DNA from: an uncultured Holophagales bacterium
GTDB lineage: Bacteria; Acidobacteriota; Thermoanaerobaculia; Multivoradales; UBA5704
NCBI GenBank assembly: GCA_963842525.1
Contig: CAWJGT010000003.1
Coordinates: forward strand, 832,001 to 896,000
Reading direction: 5' to 3'
DNA: 64,000 nucleotides
In this document: positions 31,264-40,886 of the stretch, in pieces
Layout of the letters: each line of letters opens with the position of its first letter
How positions within the stretch are numbered: the stretch's first letter is position 1
The notes under the pieces: model-generated
Databases searched by the model: none
Told to the model about the DNA's origin: nothing
Seen by the model: only the letters and a program-made list of their open reading frames with translations
Made by a program: the position numbers and the translations under genes

Positions 31264-32850
31264 TTACCCAACCGCTGCAAGGCCCGAGTTGGGCTTATCA
31301 TGGCCAACTGCTTCGAAGTCCCCGACCATTACGGATTCTGCCTCCAGTAGCACAGATGGATGGAAGCGATAGAAGCCACGATTTGTTCCGTTATTAGTAG
31401 ACACCATCTCCATCTTCAGTATCCGCTTACTGACGAGGTGCGGAAGACTCCATATTGGATCTTTTACTGCGCACACGCAACCCCGCATGAGCCCCAAAGA
31501 CAGGAGTTCATCGTCCGTGGCTAAGCACGCTTCGCGAACCTCGAGGGCGTTCTTTACAGCGCGCAGAGACGCCTCAGCGTCTCCGGGGAGATGGAGCACG
31601 ACGAAGCCTTTTTGGGTAGACAGCAAGAGACTCTTCAGCTCGTTGGAGAGTGGGATGCCTTTGGCTTCGGCTGCCTCTTTGCAGCTAATGACGGGACTGG
31701 CCAGAACGTAATCCTTCATACAAGGACCAGGCTCTGGGGTGGCCGCGTCGACGCGCACGTGCTTGCTCAGGTCTCGAATGGTAACGACGGCCGCCGTCGA
31801 CCACACACGCTCAAATGCTTCAAGCATGTCACCGCGATCTTCCGCATCGAGTATAAGCCGCCCTCGACGAAGCTTGCTGGCGTCATCGAAGGCGTAATCA
31901 GCGACATACGCGCGAGAGATGCCCGCTGCCCTATCAATAAACATCACCATATCTTCCAACGAGGTTGCTTCGGCTAGGATCGTAGGCCCTACTCTGCGGA
32001 TGTTGACTCCTCCTTCGAGTAATTGGCGCAATGTCGGGTAAAAATTAGACCATTCGTGATCGGGTACCACGAACAGCCTCCGGATGTCTGCGCCTCGACG
32101 CACGGCTTCAATATTCTTCTTTATGTATCTCCGCTGATCGCGATCATCGGTCCAGAACGCTGAAGAGAGAGTCGCTACTCCAATGACCTCACAGGGTGCA
32201 ACTACTTTGTCTATCTCGTCATAAATTGCTTGGTAATACTGGCCGGGTGAGAGGGCAATCTGACCTCGTGAGGCCAGCTTGAGTATTGACACAAATGAAC
32301 TCAAGACATAACGGTCTATTTCGGCGTGCCAGGAAGAAGGGACTGCTCGGAAGGTGCTACGAAGCGTGTCAAAGATGCGGGGAAGAGCCGGATATTCATC
32401 CTCCATCTCCAGCCTCACACCGGCGAGCCAGATCGAAAGCTGCGTCTCATTACTGCTTGGGTTGCCTGCATCAAAGAGCATGGTTGTAATACCACGTAGA
32501 TCGCTTGGCAGGACAGCGGACTTGTCGCCGGACTTTGCATGCAAGATGCCTGTTCAACGTTTGCCGAAATGAGAAAGGAACACTCCGAGTTCAAGTAGGA
32601 CATTGTCGCGAGGCGACATGCGTTCGCCGCCGCGGTAGTTAGTCAGATCATCAGGCGTTGCAATTAGGAGTGCCGCATCTACTTCGGCACCGAGATTGAG
32701 GAGTGCCTCGAGTGGGTAGTCACCCGGTCGGAAAATTTCGCGCCAGCCGACAACTGTTGCGCCGAGGGATTCCAACGCAGATCTGACCTGTCGGTCTATA
32801 TCTGCGGCCTCACTGGAGGATCCAACGAACACTCTCGGCCTCGAACTCAT
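31264..32850 (-). CDS. TIR-like (Cap12/PycTIR-type) + central unknown domain + YbaK-like domain fusion, with one in-frame TGA at 32554-32556
   Basis: VFVGSSSE...TPDD...RDNVLLELG...LPSDLRGI TIR-like; C-terminal EAAEAKG...LKSLLL...LHLPGD...LAT..EL..LG...GCV YbaK-like; the two listed ORFs are in the same frame. Confidence 0.7.
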
Positions 32851-33154
32851 GATTGCCCTCGCTTCCCTCGTGGCTCTTCAGATCCGCCACTTAAATTAAG
32901 CATCTATCCGGGAGCCTCCCGCGGCAGAGTTGCTTGCCAAAGGGCTCCTCCACAGCGATTTCGTTTCCACCATTCTACAGCAGAAACCGGGAAGGTGCGC
33001 AACACCCCCACGTTTTCAAGCTCTTTCCTCTGGCATTCTCTAAACTTTGTAACGAATTGACGGCACTTGTTATGTAGGCAGGACCTCCGTCGGCGGAGGA
33101 CGGGTATCAGGAACATGCGCCGGAGCTGGTCCCCCACCTGTGTCATGCCACAAA

Positions 33155-33384
33155 CCCGAGGAGGAACGAGGCCTGTCCGGCGACGACCAGGATCTCAAAC
33201 GATCTCAAACAGGCGGTGGAGACAGGAGACTGGATCTTCGTCCTGTGGGGAGGCGGCGACAAGAGCCGCTCGGCACGAGGTCTTCAATCTGAGCGACACC
33301 GAGCCCGTGGTCGCCGCGGTGGCCCGCTCGGACGCCTCGGAGTGGGAGAACATCATCCTCTACGACCGGAGCCGCGGGGGATGA
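33155..33384 (+). pseudogene. Internally deleted duplicate of the cupin gene
   Basis: Matches both ends of 28785-29230; ATG changed to CTG, 10-bp duplication gatctcaaac, central part missing. Confidence 0.85.
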
Positions 33385-33429
33385 GCCACTGAGGCTCTTC
33401 GCAGCGCCGTTCCCGTATAGAATCGGCCG

Positions 33430-34026
33430 ATGAAGCCAGCCCCGTTCGAGTACCTCGCGCCCGACTCTCTGGACGCTGCGCTGGACGCCATCGCCCAGCA
33501 TGGCGGCGATGCCAAGATCCTGGCCGGCGGGCAGAGCCTGATCCCGGTGATGAGCTTCCGGCTGGCTCAGCCCTCGATCCTCGTGGACCTCAACAAGATC
33601 TCCGAGCTCGGCTTCATCCGCCGTGGCGAGGACGGCGGCCTCTCGATCGGCGCCATGACCCGCCAGCGGCGGCTGGAGCGCGATCCTCTTGTGGCCGAGG
33701 CGCCGGCCCGCTCTTGCATCTTGCTGGCGGTCCAGGCGGACGGCCACGACCTCATGACGGTCGAGGCGCTCGCGCCGGGACCCGACCAGCTCCACCCCCA
33801 GCAGCAGGCCTTCTGGGAATGCCACGGCCTCCAGTGCGGCTTCTGCACCCCGGGCTTCCTCATGACCCTGGTGCCCTTTCTGGAGGAGAATTCCGACCCA
33901 TCCGAAGCCGAGATCCGCCAGGCCATTTCCGGCAATCTCTGCCGCTGCACGGGTTACCAGCACATCTTCGATGCGGTGAAGCTGGCCGCTGCACGGCGGC
34001 GATCTCTGGGAGTGGCCGGATGCAGG
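33430..34026 (+). pseudogene. Deletion chimera of coxM-like 5' end and coxS-like 3' end, in frame with the amidase
   Basis: ...PLVAEA (CoxM) joined directly to PARSCIL (CoxS); first Fe-S motif lost. Confidence 0.85.
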
Positions 34027-35259
34027 ATGATCGACCTCGACCGCCTGGAGGCGCTCTTCGCCGAGCGCGAGCCCGAGGTCCGGGCCTTTCTCCCTGAGGA
34101 GGGGCGGTTCGAGCGCCTGCGCCGCGAGGCTGCGGCTCTCGAAGCCCGCTGGCCCGATCCGGAGCGCCGGCCCCCCCTCTTCGGAGTCCTCGTCGGCGTC
34201 AAGGACATCTTCCACGTGGACGGGTTCGAGACCGGCGGCGGCAGCCGGTTGCCGCCCGAGGTCCTTCGCGGCTCCGAAGCGGCGAGCGTGACGACGCTCC
34301 GGGAAGCCGGCGCCCTGATCCTGGGCAAGACCGTCTCCACCGAGTTCGCCTATTTCGCGCCCGGTCCGACCCGCAACCCCTGGAACCCGGAGCACACGCC
34401 GGGCGGATCGAGCAGCGGCTCGGCCGCCGCAGTGGGGGCGGGCCTCTGCCTCCTGGCGCTCGGCACCCAGACCCTCGGGTCGATCATCCGCCCCGCCGCA
34501 TTCTGCGGAGCCGTGGGGTACAAGCCCACCGGAGGACGGAGGATTCCGACGGACGGCGTGATCCCTCTGGCTCCCACGTTCGACCACGTCGGCCTCTTTG
34601 CGCCCGACGTTGCAGGTGTACGGCGCGCGGCGAGGTTGCTGTGCGAAGACTGGCGGCGGGATACGCCGAGCCGCACGCCCCGGCTGGCGGTGACGCAGGG
34701 ACCCTACATGTCCCGCGTCTCCGCGGAGGGTCTGGCCCATTTTCGCGCCGTCTGCGACCGGCTGGCTGCCGCCGGGTACGACCTGATACCCGTCCCCGCC
34801 ATGCCGGACTTCGAAGAGATCGTGGCGCGGCACTATCGGATCTTCGCGGCCGAGGCGGCGAGCGTCCACCGCGACTGGTTCGCGCGTTTCGGGGACCTCT
34901 ATGATCAACGGACCGCCGAGCTGATCCGTAGAGGACAGGGGATCTCGAACGCAGAGCTGGCGCGCGACCGCGCCGGCGTCGAGAGGCTCAAGGACGAGCT
35001 GACGGAGCTCATGGACGATTACCGCATCGACCTCTGGATCTCGCCGCCGGCCCTGGGGGCCGCCCCGCGCGGGCTCGACAGCACCGGCGATCCGGTGATG
35101 AATGTGCCCTGGACGCACGCCGGGATGCCCGCCATCGGCCTGCCGGCGGGCCGCAACAGCTCCGGCCTGCCGATGGGCCTCCAGGCCGCCGCGCGCTGGT
35201 GGGCCGACGAAGACCTGCTCGGGTGGGCGGAGGGGCTGGAGGCGGCGCTGCGCTCATGA
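34027..35259 (+). CDS. Amidase-signature family enzyme (malonamidase E2-like)
   Basis: GVKD Lys, PGGSSSGSAAAV, GTQTLGS Ser-cisSer-Lys triad; full length. Confidence 0.85.
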   Translation: MIDLDRLEALFAEREPEVRAFLPEEGRFERLRREAAALEARWPDPERRPPLFGVLVGVKDIFHVDGFETGGGSRLPPEVLRGSEAASVTTLREAGALILGKTVSTEFAYFAPGPTRNPWNPEHTPGGSSSGSAAAVGAGLCLLALGTQTLGSIIRPAAFCGAVGYKPTGGRRIPTDGVIPLAPTFDHVGLFAPDVAGVRRAARLLCEDWRRDTPSRTPRLAVTQGPYMSRVSAEGLAHFRAVCDRLAAAGYDLIPVPAMPDFEEIVARHYRIFAAEAASVHRDWFARFGDLYDQRTAELIRRGQGISNAELARDRAGVERLKDELTELMDDYRIDLWISPPALGAAPRGLDSTGDPVMNVPWTHAGMPAIGLPAGRNSSGLPMGLQAAARWWADEDLLGWAEGLEAALRS

Positions 35260-36957
35260 GCCCGGAGCCCGTCACCCGCTGCACCGTCCGTCCGGGCGCT
35301 TATTACGATTCGATTGTCCTGATGCAGCTCCAGCGTGCTCTGGAGGCGTTGCCGGGCGTGCTCGACGCCGGGGTGGTCATGGCCACGCCCGCCAACCAGG
35401 ACATGCTGGCGGCGAGCGGATTGGCTCCGGGCGAGGAGGCCGCCGCCGGCCCGAACGACCTCCTGATCGCTGTGAAGGCGGAGAGCGAGGCGGCTGCCGG
35501 GGAGGCGCTGGCGCGCGTGGATGCCCTGCTCCAGGTCCGCCGCGGTGGGGGAGAGGAGGACTTCCGGCCGCGCAGCCTCGCGACCGCTCTCCGGCAGCTC
35601 CCCGAGGCCCGCTGGGTGCTCGTTTCGGTCCCCGGGCGTTATTCGGCGGGCGTGGCCCACGAGGCTCTCGACCTCGGCCGGAGTGTCTTCCTGTACAGCG
35701 ACAACGTGCCTCTGGCCGAGGAGGTCGCTCTCAAGCGCAAGGCCCGCGACCGGGGGCTCCTCGTCCTCGGGCCGGACTGCGGGACGGCGATCGTCGGAGG
35801 GACGGGGCTCGGGTTTGCCAACCGTGTGCGGCACGGCGGGGTCGGGATCGTCGCCGCCTCGGGCACCGGGCTGCAGGCGGTCGCGGCCCGCATCCACGAC
35901 CTGGGAGGAGGGATCTCGCAGGCGATCGGCACGGGAGGGCGGGACCTCTCGGAGGAGGTCGGCGGAACGACGGCGCGGCAGGCCCTCGACCTCCTGGGCC
36001 GCGATCCGGACACGCGGGCCATCGTCCTGGTCTCGAAGCCTCCCTCGCCTGCGGTCGCCGCGCGCCTTCTCCTCGCCGCTCAGCGTACGGGCAAGCCGGT
36101 CGTGGCGTGCTTCCTCGGCCTTCCCACGCCGCTGCGCCGGCTGGGCGGGATCAGCTTCGCGGTAAGCCTGAGCGAGGCGGCGGATCTGGCCGTGCGGCTG
36201 GAAGCCGAGGAGCCTGGAGGCGAGGCGCCGGCGGACGGAACGGGCGGATTCGTCCGTGGCCTCTTCTCCGGCGGCACGCTGGCGTACGAGACGCAGCTCG
36301 CCCTGGAGGCGTTCCTGACGCCGATCTGGTCGAACGCGCCGGCGGGAGATTCGCGGCATCCTCGCCGATCCCGTCCGCAGCCGGGACCACACGATCCTCG
36401 ACCTGGGAGCGGACGAATTCACGGTCGGCCGCCTGCACCCGATGATCGACCAGGACCTGCGCCTCCGGCGTTTGCGCCAGGAGGCGGCCGATCCCGCGGT
36501 CGGAATGATCCTGCTCGACGTGGTCCTCGGCGATGGGGCGCACGCCGACCCGGCCGGCGAGCTCGCGCCGGCGATCGAGCGGTCCCTCGCGGAGCGAGGC
36601 GACGCGCTGACGGTCGTTGTGCTGCTCGTTGGGACCGACGAGGACCCCCAGAACCGGGAAGAGCAGGCCACGACGCTCGCCTGGGCCGGTGCGCGGGTCT
36701 GCCGGACGGTGGAGGAGGCCGCGTGGCTCGTCTGGCGGCACGTGGCCGCTGCGGCGGACGGGGAGGACGGAGGCCCGCCGGTCTCCCTGGAAGAGGTCCG
36801 CGGTCCCGTGGCGGCCGTCAATATCGGCCTGGAATCGTTCTACGATAGCCTCGTCGCTCGCGGAGCCCAGGCCGTCCAGGTCGAATGGAAGCCTCCCGCT
36901 GGGGGGAACGAGAAGCTGGCCGGGATCCTGTCCAGGATGAAGAATGCCCGACATTGA
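35256..36957 (+). CDS. fdrA: FdrA/AllF-like protein, frameshift near 36370
   Basis: YYDSIVLM, YSDNVP, GPDCGT, ASGTGLQ, GLFSGGTL, FTVGRLHPMID, LDVVLG. Confidence 0.85.
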
Positions 36958-38188
36958 CCACGCCAACCGCACGGCCGTCGAGCGCATGACCGCGGCGCGG
37001 CCGATGCTGACCGGCGTCGCCGTGGCGCGGGACGTCATCCCCGGGATGCACGACGACCTGCTGCTCCACGCCGGTCCGCCGATCGAGTGGAGCCGGGCCT
37101 CGGGACCTCTGCGCGGCGCCGTGATCGGTGCGCTGCTCTTCGAAGGGCGTGCCCGCGACGAGGCCGCAGCGGTCGCCCTCGTCGAACGGGGAGACATCCG
37201 GCTGGAGCCCTGCCACCACCATGCCGCCGTCGGGCCGATGGCAGGCGTCACCTCCCCCTCGATGAAGGTCTACGTGGTCGAGGATGCCACCCACGGCCAC
37301 CGCACCTTCTCCAATCTGAACGAGGGGTACGGAAAAGTCCTGCGCTACGGTGCTTTCAGCGAAGAGGTCCTCGCGAAGCTGCGCTGGATGAACGACGTCC
37401 TGGGGCCGGTCCTCGGCGAGGCGATCGCCCTCTCCGGCGGGATCGATCTCCGGACCCTCCTCGCCGAGGCGCTGCACATGGGCGACGAGGGGCACAACCG
37501 CAACAAGGCGGGCTCGCTTCTCTTCCTGAAGCTCCTGGCGCCGCACATCGCCCGCGTCACGCCAGACGCCGCCGTCGAGTCGGAGATCCTGCGGTTCATC
37601 GGCGACACGCCCCTTTCCGTGCTCAACCCGGTGATGGCCGCGTGCAAGGCCATGGCGGACGCGGCGCACGGCGTCGAGGGGAGCACGATCGTCAGCGCCA
37701 TGGCGCGCAACGGCACGGACTTCGGCATCCAGGTGAGCGGCCTCGGCGACCGCTGGTTCACAGCTCCGGCACAGGTCCCGGACGGCCTCTATTTCCCGGG
37801 CTTTTCGAGCGCGGACGCCAACCCCGATATCGGCGACAGCACGATCACCGAGACAGCCGGGATCGGCGCCTTCGCCATGGCCGCCGCCCCGGCGATCGTC
37901 ACCTTTATCGGCGGGAGCCCCCGGGACGCGCAGAACGCGACGTTGGAGATGTACGAGATCACGGAGGCCGAGCACCCGCATTTCACGATCCCGACCCTCG
38001 GCTTCCGCGGCTCGCCGGTGGGGATCGATCTGCGCAAGGTGGTCGAGCTCGGGATCACACCGCGCGTCAACACCGGCATCGCCCACCGCGAGGCCGGCGT
38101 CGGCCAGGTCGGAGCCGGGCTGGTCCGTCCGCCCTTGGAGATCTTCGAAGAGGCGCTGGTCGCTTTCGCCGAAAGATATGAGATCTGA
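36944..38188 (+). CDS. DUF1116 (YlbE/AllG-like) protein
   Basis: LLHAGPPI, GPMAGV, LHMGDEGHNRN, NPDIGDSTITE, NTGIAHREAGVGQVGAG. Confidence 0.88.
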   Translation: MPDIDHANRTAVERMTAARPMLTGVAVARDVIPGMHDDLLLHAGPPIEWSRASGPLRGAVIGALLFEGRARDEAAAVALVERGDIRLEPCHHHAAVGPMAGVTSPSMKVYVVEDATHGHRTFSNLNEGYGKVLRYGAFSEEVLAKLRWMNDVLGPVLGEAIALSGGIDLRTLLAEALHMGDEGHNRNKAGSLLFLKLLAPHIARVTPDAAVESEILRFIGDTPLSVLNPVMAACKAMADAAHGVEGSTIVSAMARNGTDFGIQVSGLGDRWFTAPAQVPDGLYFPGFSSADANPDIGDSTITETAGIGAFAMAAAPAIVTFIGGSPRDAQNATLEMYEITEAEHPHFTIPTLGFRGSPVGIDLRKVVELGITPRVNTGIAHREAGVGQVGAGLVRPPLEIFEEALVAFAERYEI

Positions 38189-38200
38189 AAGGAGGAGGCC

Positions 38201-39025
38201 GTGTACGTCCCTTATGACATGAGCAAAGTGAAGGTCCTGGACCTCTCACAGAACTTCAGCGCGGATTCGCCGTCGTTCGCCTTTTATGAAGGCCCGACGG
38301 TCAAGTGGGTGAAGCGCCTTGCGTTCGAGGGTGTGAACGCACAGTTCATCTCGACCACCAATCACATTGCGACCCACCTCGATTCGCCGATCCATTTCTA
38401 CGATCCCGGCCCGGACATCGCCGGCATCCCGATCGACAAGCTGGTCGGCCCGGCGTGCATCGTCGACATCTCGCAATTCGGCGTCGGCGATTATCAGATC
38501 TACGGGCCGGAGCACTTCGAGCAGTGGGAGCAGAAGACCGGCATCACGATCGAGCGCAACGACATCCTGGTGATCCACACCGGCTATCACCACTACTACA
38601 ACGAGGATTGGTACAAGGTTCACAACCAGGAGCAGGCGGACCTGCCGCGCGCCTTCCTGAAGCACCCCGGTCCTCGGAGCCTCTTCGTCGAGTGGGTGCT
38701 CGACCGCGGCATCCGCTGGCTGGCCTATGACTGCATCGCCGCGGACCATCCGTTCAACACCAACGTGCGCAAGGCGCGGCCGGACCTGATCCCGGAGGTG
38801 GAGAAGGTGATCGGCATGTCGATCGACGAGGCCTTCCCCTGGCCCGCGGACTACCAGTGCATGCACGTCAAGCTCTTCCCGCACGGCGTCTTCCACGCCG
38901 AGAACGTCGGCGGCCAGATCGACGAGGTGCTCGACCAGAGGGTCTGGCTCGGCTGCTTCCCCTTCCGCTTCCGGGGCGGCGAGGCCGCCTTCTCGCGGAT
39001 CGTGGCGTTCGTGGAGGAGCGCTGA
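38201..39025 (+). CDS. Cyclase-family metal hydrolase (kynurenine formamidase-like fold)
   Basis: HIATHLDSPIH metal motif, IHTG, HAENVG. Confidence 0.85.
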   Translation: MYVPYDMSKVKVLDLSQNFSADSPSFAFYEGPTVKWVKRLAFEGVNAQFISTTNHIATHLDSPIHFYDPGPDIAGIPIDKLVGPACIVDISQFGVGDYQIYGPEHFEQWEQKTGITIERNDILVIHTGYHHYYNEDWYKVHNQEQADLPRAFLKHPGPRSLFVEWVLDRGIRWLAYDCIAADHPFNTNVRKARPDLIPEVEKVIGMSIDEAFPWPADYQCMHVKLFPHGVFHAENVGGQIDEVLDQRVWLGCFPFRFRGGEAAFSRIVAFVEER

Positions 39026-39035
39026 GGCGGAACCC

Positions 39036-40886
39036 TTGATCCCTCTCTCTCCTCCGGCGGACGTCAAGGCTTTCCTGGCTTCGACCCGGCTGTTCGGCGG
39101 GTTGGAGGAGGCCGCGCTCGACGAGGTTGCGGGCCACCTGGAGTGGCTGCTCGTTCCGGGTGGAGAGACGCTCTGTCGGCAGGGAGAGGAGGAGGATGGT
39201 CTCTATCTCGTCTTCAGCGGCCGGCTGGCGGTGGTCCGCGAGTTCGCCGGCGAGGAGGCCCTCCTGGGCGAGGTGGGCCGGGGGGACAGCGTCGGCGAGA
39301 TCTCGGTCCTGACCGGGAAGCCGCGCTCGGCGACGGTGCGCGCCCTCCGCGACGTGGTCGTCGCCCGGCTGTCCCGCGCGAGCGCCGAGCTCCTCCTGGG
39401 GAAGTACCCCGGCGTCCTCCTGGCGATCGTTCGCACCCTGGCGGGCCGGCTGGCGCCGTCGGAGCGCCCCGCGCGGAGCCGGAGCTGTCTCGCGCTGGCC
39501 GTCGCTCCCGTAGGCGATCTGCCGATTGCGAAGCTCGTGAGTGGCCTGGTCGAGTCGTTGTCAGCGCTCGGGCCGACCCTGCACCTGAGCGCTCGGGAAA
39601 TCGACAGCCGTTTCGGCGCCGGTGCCCGCCACTGTGCCGAGGGGAGCGCCGAGCACGGCCGCATGGCGGCGTGGATCAACGAGCAGGAAGCCAGAACCCG
39701 CTTCCTGGTCTACGAGGCGGACGCGGCGGCCTCCGCCTGGACGCGCCGCTGCCTGCGCCAGGCGGACCGCATCCTGGTCGTCGCCTCCGGAGAGGGGGAG
39801 CCGTCCCTCGGTCCGCTCGGGCCCGAGCTCGCCCGGCTGGAAGAGGACCAGGGCAGGCAGCTCGAAGAGCTGGTCCTGCTGCATGAGGAGCCGGGCCGGC
39901 CCCCGCGCGATACGGCACGCTGGCTGGCGCTCCACCCGTTCCTGCGCCATCACCATTTCCGCTTCCGGCCCGCCGACTTCGCACGGCTGGCCCGGTTCCT
40001 CGACGGCAGCGCCGTCGGCCTGGTCCTCGGGGGAGGCGGCGCACGGGGTTTCGCCCACATGGGCGTCCTCCGCGCTCTTGAAGAGGCGGGCATCCCGATC
40101 GACCGGATCGGCGGCACGAGCATGGGAGCAGTGCTCGCCGCCATGTATGCCCGCGGCTTTGACTGCTCCACCATGATCGATCTCACCCGCTGGGGGTGGT
40201 GCGAGCTGCAGCCGCACAAGGTCTACACCCTTCCCCTGATCTCGATCTGCTCCATGGCCAAGGCCGAAAAGATGCTGGACCGGTGGTATGGCGAGGATCG
40301 GATCGAGGATCTGTCGACGGACTTCTTCTGCGTGTCGACCAACCTCACCCGCACGGAGGTGGTCGTCCACCGGCAGGGGAGCCTGCGCAGGGCGGTCAAC
40401 GCCAGCATGACAATCCCGGGGATCACGCCGCCCATGCTCGGATCCGAGGGAGACCTGCTGGTGGACGGCGGGGTCCTCAACAATCTGCCGACCGACGTGA
40501 TGCGGGACCTGGGAGAGGGGCCGGTCATCGCTGTGGACGTCTCCGCGAAGCTCGACCTGCGGGCGGACCCGAGCTACACCGACTCCCCCAACCCCTGGCA
40601 GCTCCTGAGGAGCCGCTTCCGCCGCGCCGCCGCGTCCCGGCCGTTCCCGAACATCCTGCGCCTCATCCACCGCTCCGCCCTACTCGCGAGCGATGTGTAC
40701 GCGAAGCAGGCCAAGGGCGAGGTCGAGCTCTACCTCGACCTGCCGATGGACGGGTTCGACATGTTCAACATGGAGGCGCTCGACGATCTTGTGGAGATCG
40801 GTTATCAGTTCACGCGCGAGACGCTCGAAAAAACGCCCTGGAGACCGGAGAGCGCGGCTCCCTATGAAACCGGAGGACGGCAGTGA
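39036..40886 (+). CDS. cNMP-binding patatin-like phospholipase (NTE family)
   Basis: GEIS...PRSATV cNMP pocket; GGGARG, GTSMG, DGG. Confidence 0.9.
   Translation: MIPLSPPADVKAFLASTRLFGGLEEAALDEVAGHLEWLLVPGGETLCRQGEEEDGLYLVFSGRLAVVREFAGEEALLGEVGRGDSVGEISVLTGKPRSATVRALRDVVVARLSRASAELLLGKYPGVLLAIVRTLAGRLAPSERPARSRSCLALAVAPVGDLPIAKLVSGLVESLSALGPTLHLSAREIDSRFGAGARHCAEGSAEHGRMAAWINEQEARTRFLVYEADAAASAWTRRCLRQADRILVVASGEGEPSLGPLGPELARLEEDQGRQLEELVLLHEEPGRPPRDTARWLALHPFLRHHHFRFRPADFARLARFLDGSAVGLVLGGGGARGFAHMGVLRALEEAGIPIDRIGGTSMGAVLAAMYARGFDCSTMIDLTRWGWCELQPHKVYTLPLISICSMAKAEKMLDRWYGEDRIEDLSTDFFCVSTNLTRTEVVVHRQGSLRRAVNASMTIPGITPPMLGSEGDLLVDGGVLNNLPTDVMRDLGEGPVIAVDVSAKLDLRADPSYTDSPNPWQLLRSRFRRAAASRPFPNILRLIHRSALLASDVYAKQAKGEVELYLDLPMDGFDMFNMEALDDLVEIGYQFTRETLEKTPWRPESAAPYETGGRQ

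Noticed and set aside
32554-32556. Selenocysteine codon
   Set aside because: Position fits an Arg-type residue in the TIR-like domain rather than Cys; no convincing SECIS hairpin seen
33430-35259. Novel 609-aa CoxM-CoxS-amidase fusion enzyme
   Set aside because: The CoxM and CoxS parts are deletion remnants lacking most of the FAD domain and one Fe-S motif; the amidase has its own ATG at 34027
38201-39025. Cyclase as KynB partnering kynA
   Set aside because: 14 kb from kynA, embedded in the fdrA/DUF1116 operon, and no kynureninase in the window; not fully excluded
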